64,000 bases of DNA from Lepidodermella squamata. Its lineage: Eukaryota; Animalia; Gastrotricha. The notes under the pieces are model-generated. The model made no database searches. It had not been told where the DNA came from and worked only from the letters and a program-made list of their open reading frames with translations. Position 1 is the stretch's first letter, and each line of letters opens with the position of its first letter. The position numbers and the translations under genes are program-made. Below, piece after piece: positions 60,305 through 64,000 of this stretch. The stretch lies in NCBI GenBank assembly GCA_047495785.1, contig JBLDXI010000030.1, positions 558,001-622,000 of the forward strand, in the 5' to 3' direction.

Positions 60305-60550
60305 ATATATGTATCATTCATGAATATATTAATCAAAAAAATGACACATGTGAACTGTAAAGACGATGTCAACAATAATAACCGGGATGATGATGATGAT
60401 AATCTTGTCTATGAGTTATGCGATCTGACTGACTGCGCGGGCACAGCGGGGATTTAAAAAAAATTTACCGCTCAAGGCCTTGTACATGAATTATTAAAAA
60501 ATCTTCAATGTTTAACAATTTCTTGTTTTTTTTTAGTTTTGAAAATTATT

Positions 60551-61326
60551 ATGCTACATAGCAACTGGGATTTTCCTTGGCAACGCGACGTCGCCGGTAT
60601 CGGATCGATTCGACTCATCATTGGACCAATGTTCAGGTACGTTGCATATATTTTATGATGATCAATATAAGTTAATTGCTTCTATTCAATAGTGGGAAAT
60701 CAGCAGAGCTGCATCGTAGAGTCAACAAATATGCTGAAGCTGAATGTGGTGTCGTGCTGATTCAATATGCGTATCCCATTGTCGACCGTATTCATGGGTG
60801 CACCGCAACTCTGCACAGAAATGTGGCAATTCGCTCACTGCAGTCACTCGAATCATCTGTTACGCTGACCTCAATGAACAATTATCGTTTGATTGCAATC
60901 GACGATGGGCAATTCTTTCCGTCTGATTTGGCAGTTGTTGCTCATCGAATGGCTAGCGCTGGGAAGGATGTGATAATCGCATCACTGGATTCTGATTTTG
61001 CTCGTCGACCTTTTTATCATATTGCAGACCTGATTTGTCGAGCGGAAAGTGTTTCAAAACTATTGGCAGTATGCAAAAACTGTCTGAACCCTCACGGGCT
61101 ATACACCTATCGATGGTCAAGCGATAATACTCTTCGTGTGTATGGTCGTGGTAACTACGTTGCTCTGTGTCGCCGGTGCTATTTGGAATTTCAAATGCTC
61201 GCCGGGTCAATAGCCAACCAAGAACAACAACAACAACAACAGCAGCAATCATCTTCATCCGCAACAACGGCAGCAGCCTCATCTATATCTTCTTCTGTAG
61301 AATTCTCATCATCGTCGATTCTGTAG
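60551..61326 (+). CDS. Thymidine kinase (TK1/poxvirus type II family); exons 60551-60636, 60693-61326
   Basis: Removing a 56-nt intron restores the P-loop GPMFS|GKSAEL. Also IAIDDGQFF, IIASLDSDFARRPF, KLLAVCKNC and YVALCRRC (Zn lasso); poly-Q/S tail. Confidence 0.88.
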
Positions 61327-61424
61327 AATAACGCATAAAAATAACCGTGTAGTTGAGTAGATCTCTCACAAAAAAACATCAAAAAAAAACTACGCCATGA
61401 GTCAATGTACATTATTTTGGTTTA

Positions 61425-62498
61425 TTAATTATTAAATCCTATCCAATTAAGATTAGTTGGGTTCAATGAGTTAGGCTGAGTGGAACTGCTTGTAAATTTG
61501 TGTTTCTTTGTCACTGGTGTAGGGTGCATGGATGTTGCTGTTTTTGTTGGTGATGGCTGTGTCTGGTTCAAATTTGCAAATGACCCTTTCGGGTACAACG
61601 ATTGATTAGATATCAGATTTTTCGGCATGTTTGTCAGCTCGATCAATTTTTTGATGTTTTTAACTGCTGGTGAAGCAATAGGCTTTTGGGAGTTTTTTGC
61701 AGTAATGTAATTTAAAGCCTCATGTGCGTTCAATCGATGTTCGACCCCCTCATCGTCCCCAAATATAATTTGTTGATTTGGGAGATCAAATTGAACACCG
61801 TGATCTTTCGATGCAATCGTTGTCAGAAATGTGCATATACTGTCGGCAGTGGATCGTTGTGCTGGTTTGAACCCTTTGTATAGGGCCGCTATGTCCTTGT
61901 TAACTTTCTCATCACTACTAATATCACCGCCCAGCCTACTCTTCTTCTTATTAGCTGATTCCTGGCCGTTATTATTTGCTGTGGTAGCAGTATCAGTAAC
62001 CGTCCGTGATGTGTTGAGTTGCGTCGCTGGTGTTGCGTTTGATAGATTAGAGCCTATCCCATTTTCATTAGCATAGAATAGCTTTCTAAACAATGAGTAA
62101 TCATCTTCGTTATCAGATTCTTGAGTTTTATTAGGCTCTGTTGGCGTTGAGGGCGATGGACGTTTGTTAGTACTAGAGCGTCTAGCATCCAATAATTTAA
62201 TGTCTTTTTGAAGGGCCTGAAACTGTGTGAATAACTCTCCAAATTTTCTCATCGTATCGCTATACGTCATGCCAGGCGGAGGATGTGATAGTTGCAAAAT
62301 GTTACCCATTTCATCTGATACTGTTTGTAGTTTGGACATTTCTACAGGGTCCATGAGTGTTTGTTTAAGCATAGCGCGTTTAGTAATTGCTTCCATTGGG
62401 GACTGATGGGCGTGTGATGTTGCTGTAGTTGTTGTTGGTTGTGGTTGTGTTGCTGAGGAATATGGCACAATCATGTATCGTTTTGCCGTGGTTTTCAT
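61425..62498 (-). CDS. Maverick-type hypothetical (putative core) protein
   Basis: 357 aa; AKRYMIVP N-terminus, EMGNIL, and NMPKNLISN near the C-terminus resemble an ORF I recall from Maverick morphogenetic modules. It is co-oriented with the ATPase and protease. Confidence 0.55.
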   Translation of the reverse strand: MKTTAKRYMIVPYSSATQPQPTTTTATSHAHQSPMEAITKRAMLKQTLMDPVEMSKLQTVSDEMGNILQLSHPPPGMTYSDTMRKFGELFTQFQALQKDIKLLDARRSSTNKRPSPSTPTEPNKTQESDNEDDYSLFRKLFYANENGIGSNLSNATPATQLNTSRTVTDTATTANNNGQESANKKKSRLGGDISSDEKVNKDIAALYKGFKPAQRSTADSICTFLTTIASKDHGVQFDLPNQQIIFGDDEGVEHRLNAHEALNYITAKNSQKPIASPAVKNIKKLIELTNMPKNLISNQSLYPKGSFANLNQTQPSPTKTATSMHPTPVTKKHKFTSSSTQPNSLNPTNLNWIGFNN

Positions 62499-62510
62499 GT
62501 TTTTTTTTGT

Positions 62511-62891
62511 TTACTTTCCTCGATTTACTATCGACTCAATTAATGTTGGAATAAGGCTAGTTAGGGATGAAAGTAAGATAGGAATGAATGCCCCTTGTCC
62601 ACTTTGAATCAGGCGCTGTCGGCTTTGCTCGATACTATTGCCTTGGCCAACTTTTTTTATGGCGTTTCTATACTGTTTCAATCTGCGCACTGTGTTTGGT
62701 GGAAGTTTCTGATTTTTCGCTAGCACATTTAACGCGATTTCCGCTATTATATGAATTACGGAGGATGGTGCAATTTGTAACAATAAACCTCGTTCTTTTT
62801 TATTCTTAGCATTAATAATGAGTCGTAAAAAGTGCATCAATCGTTTGGCCTTGGATTTCCGGTGTTTATTGGTGCCGGGGTTGCGTGCCAT
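62511..62891 (-). CDS. Basic putative core/membrane-active virion protein with protease-cleavage-like site
   Basis: Lys/Arg-rich; IAEIALNVL; ends QSGQG|AFIPILLSSLTSLIPTLIESIV, a Gly-rich adenain-type site followed by an amphipathic helix, typical of the small ORF next to Maverick ATPases. Confidence 0.65.
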   Translation of the reverse strand: MARNPGTNKHRKSKAKRLMHFLRLIINAKNKKERGLLLQIAPSSVIHIIAEIALNVLAKNQKLPPNTVRRLKQYRNAIKKVGQGNSIEQSRQRLIQSGQGAFIPILLSSLTSLIPTLIESIVNRGK

Positions 62892-62915
62892 GAAATTCTA
62901 TTGCTAGTACAGCTG

Positions 62916-63692
62916 CTACTCTGTCGTGGAAAGTGATTTTGCGAATGACACGTCGTTTACATACTTGGGCACGCGCTCCGTGTATGTGTCTGGTAGAAAA
63001 ATGGACCCTCCGGCAAATTCAGCTCCGATCCCGAGAAAATCACGTACCCGATAAAACTCGGGTATATTGTGACGCAAATCTAGCACCAAATACTGGTAAG
63101 GTTTACTGGTAATTTTAGTAAATGCATCAAATATTTGTCTCCAAATTGTAGGCTCGGATTTCATGAGTAGTATTTTAACTGACATCGTTTCCGATCTGTT
63201 GCGATACAAGATGAAAATGTCAGTGTTTGCCGCGATTATGGACGAATATTTTCCCCGCGGATGAACGCGTTGCTGGCTGATCATTATCGAAACGTTACAG
63301 TGGTGTTTAAAACGCGTAAAATAATCCGCAATCAATTCGCTGTCATGTGCTCGCAAAAAATTGTCCTCAATTATCATCAACGACGTGTCACTTGGTGCGA
63401 AATAATCAGCGGTCAGATCGTCGATCCCGTTCAGGAATTCGATTTTCACCCCGCGGGCTTTGTACACATCCTGAGCGAGCTTGTCATGGTAGTCGGGGGT
63501 ATTGACCCCATAGCAATAGACAATTCGATTCGGTCTTGGGACGAATATATCAGCATCTAGCAACATTTGGCGAGTGGTTGTCGATTTTCCTGAACCCGAG
63601 TTCCCGATCAACGCAATCGTGACTGGTAAGTGAATTGAACCAATTATCTCCATTTCCGCCCCTGATTGGTAGCTTGCTGACATGATTGGCAA
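62916..63692 (-). CDS. Genome-packaging ATPase (A32/FtsK-HerA superfamily)
   Basis: Walker A GNSGSGKST, RIVYCYG, Walker B LMIIED, FTRFKHHCNVSIMISQQ, KPYQYLVLDL. The start codon may be 63683 or 63653. Confidence 0.9.
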   Translation of the reverse strand: MPIMSASYQSGAEMEIIGSIHLPVTIALIGNSGSGKSTTTRQMLLDADIFVPRPNRIVYCYGVNTPDYHDKLAQDVYKARGVKIEFLNGIDDLTADYFAPSDTSLMIIEDNFLRAHDSELIADYFTRFKHHCNVSIMISQQRVHPRGKYSSIIAANTDIFILYRNRSETMSVKILLMKSEPTIWRQIFDAFTKITSKPYQYLVLDLRHNIPEFYRVRDFLGIGAEFAGGSIFLPDTYTERVPKYVNDVSFAKSLSTTE

Positions 63693-64000
63693 AATTTCTT
63701 TGGATTAATTTTTTCGCTTATCAACCCTTTTCCGAATAGTTTTCGAGCGAAAGCGTGAATATGGCAATCTATAGATGTGCACGGTGCGATGTATGGCGAA
63801 AATATACTTGAAATTATATTTTTCATAGACAAATTTCTCGCTCTGTAGTATAAATAGACTAGCGAAAATTCACCACAAGTTGATGTTAACGGGGATTGCA
63901 CAGGTGCTTGATTTATTTCATAAATTCCACCGCTCCTTGATGATGTAATTTTTAAAAATCGCTCGATCACTGGATTATATTCGCGCATGTTTCGTGCCAG
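63644..64000 (-). CDS. Adenain/Ulp1-like maturation cysteine protease, C-terminal part (N-terminus beyond the window)
   Basis: VQSPLTSTCGEFSLVYL contains the oxyanion Gln and catalytic Cys (Q-x6-CG). Adjacent to the ATPase. Confidence 0.8.
   Translation of the reverse strand: MARNMREYNPVIERFLKITSSRSGGIYEINQAPVQSPLTSTCGEFSLVYLYYRARNLSMKNIISSIFSPYIAPCTSIDCHIHAFARKLFGKGLISEKINPKKFCQSCQQATNQGRKWR

Larger units (their letters stand above)
47968..64000. mobile_element. Maverick/Polinton (polintovirus-like) element, left portion; extends beyond the window
   Basis: Co-occurrence of pPolB, A32/FtsK-type packaging ATPase, adenain-type protease and Maverick-like core ORFs. Left boundary approximate (47,965-47,980); TSD and TIR cannot be confirmed without the other end. 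Confidence 0.9.

Noticed and set aside
47968-64000. Element as an NCLDV/giant-virus or herpes-like insertion because of TBP and TK
   Set aside because: The polymerase is protein-primed type, and the ATPase/protease/core ORF cassette is Maverick-like.
1-64000. Naming the host taxon
   Set aside because: Gene content suggests a small-genome invertebrate (an acoel or similar worm is conceivable), but no diagnostic marker gene is present.

Overview
Eukaryotic (invertebrate animal) genomic DNA from a compact genome with ~50-80 nt GT-AG introns; the host taxon cannot be named from sequence alone. The window has two parts. (1) 1-~47,960 is a host accessory region. It holds a cluster of secreted knottin-like (C-C-CC-C-C) peptide genes: 7 intact genes with 1-8 tandem domains each (24 domains in total) and 2 pseudogenes. 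The domains were multiplied by duplicating a phase-2 exon offset from the domain boundary, and a conserved upstream motif precedes 7 of the 9 copies. Interleaved or following are six intronless GABA-B-like class C GPCRs, six divergent Cys-loop channel subunits with very short M3-M4 loops, a signal-peptide ankyrin protein, an RxxxxH (HEPN-like) ORF plus neighbour, a mucin-like gene and two hAT transposon derivatives. (2) ~47,970-64,000 is the left part of a Maverick/Polinton (polintovirus-like) endogenous DNA virus that apparently truncates a Cys-loop gene. It has core genes (protein-primed PolB, packaging ATPase, adenain-type protease, putative core proteins). Unusually, it also carries at least 10 spliceosomal introns (8 in pPolB, several inside catalytic motifs, including a 23-nt micro-exon) and accessory genes for TBP, a PC4-like protein, thymidine kinase and a RING/B-box protein. 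All exon models were spliced by hand; no database searches were run.
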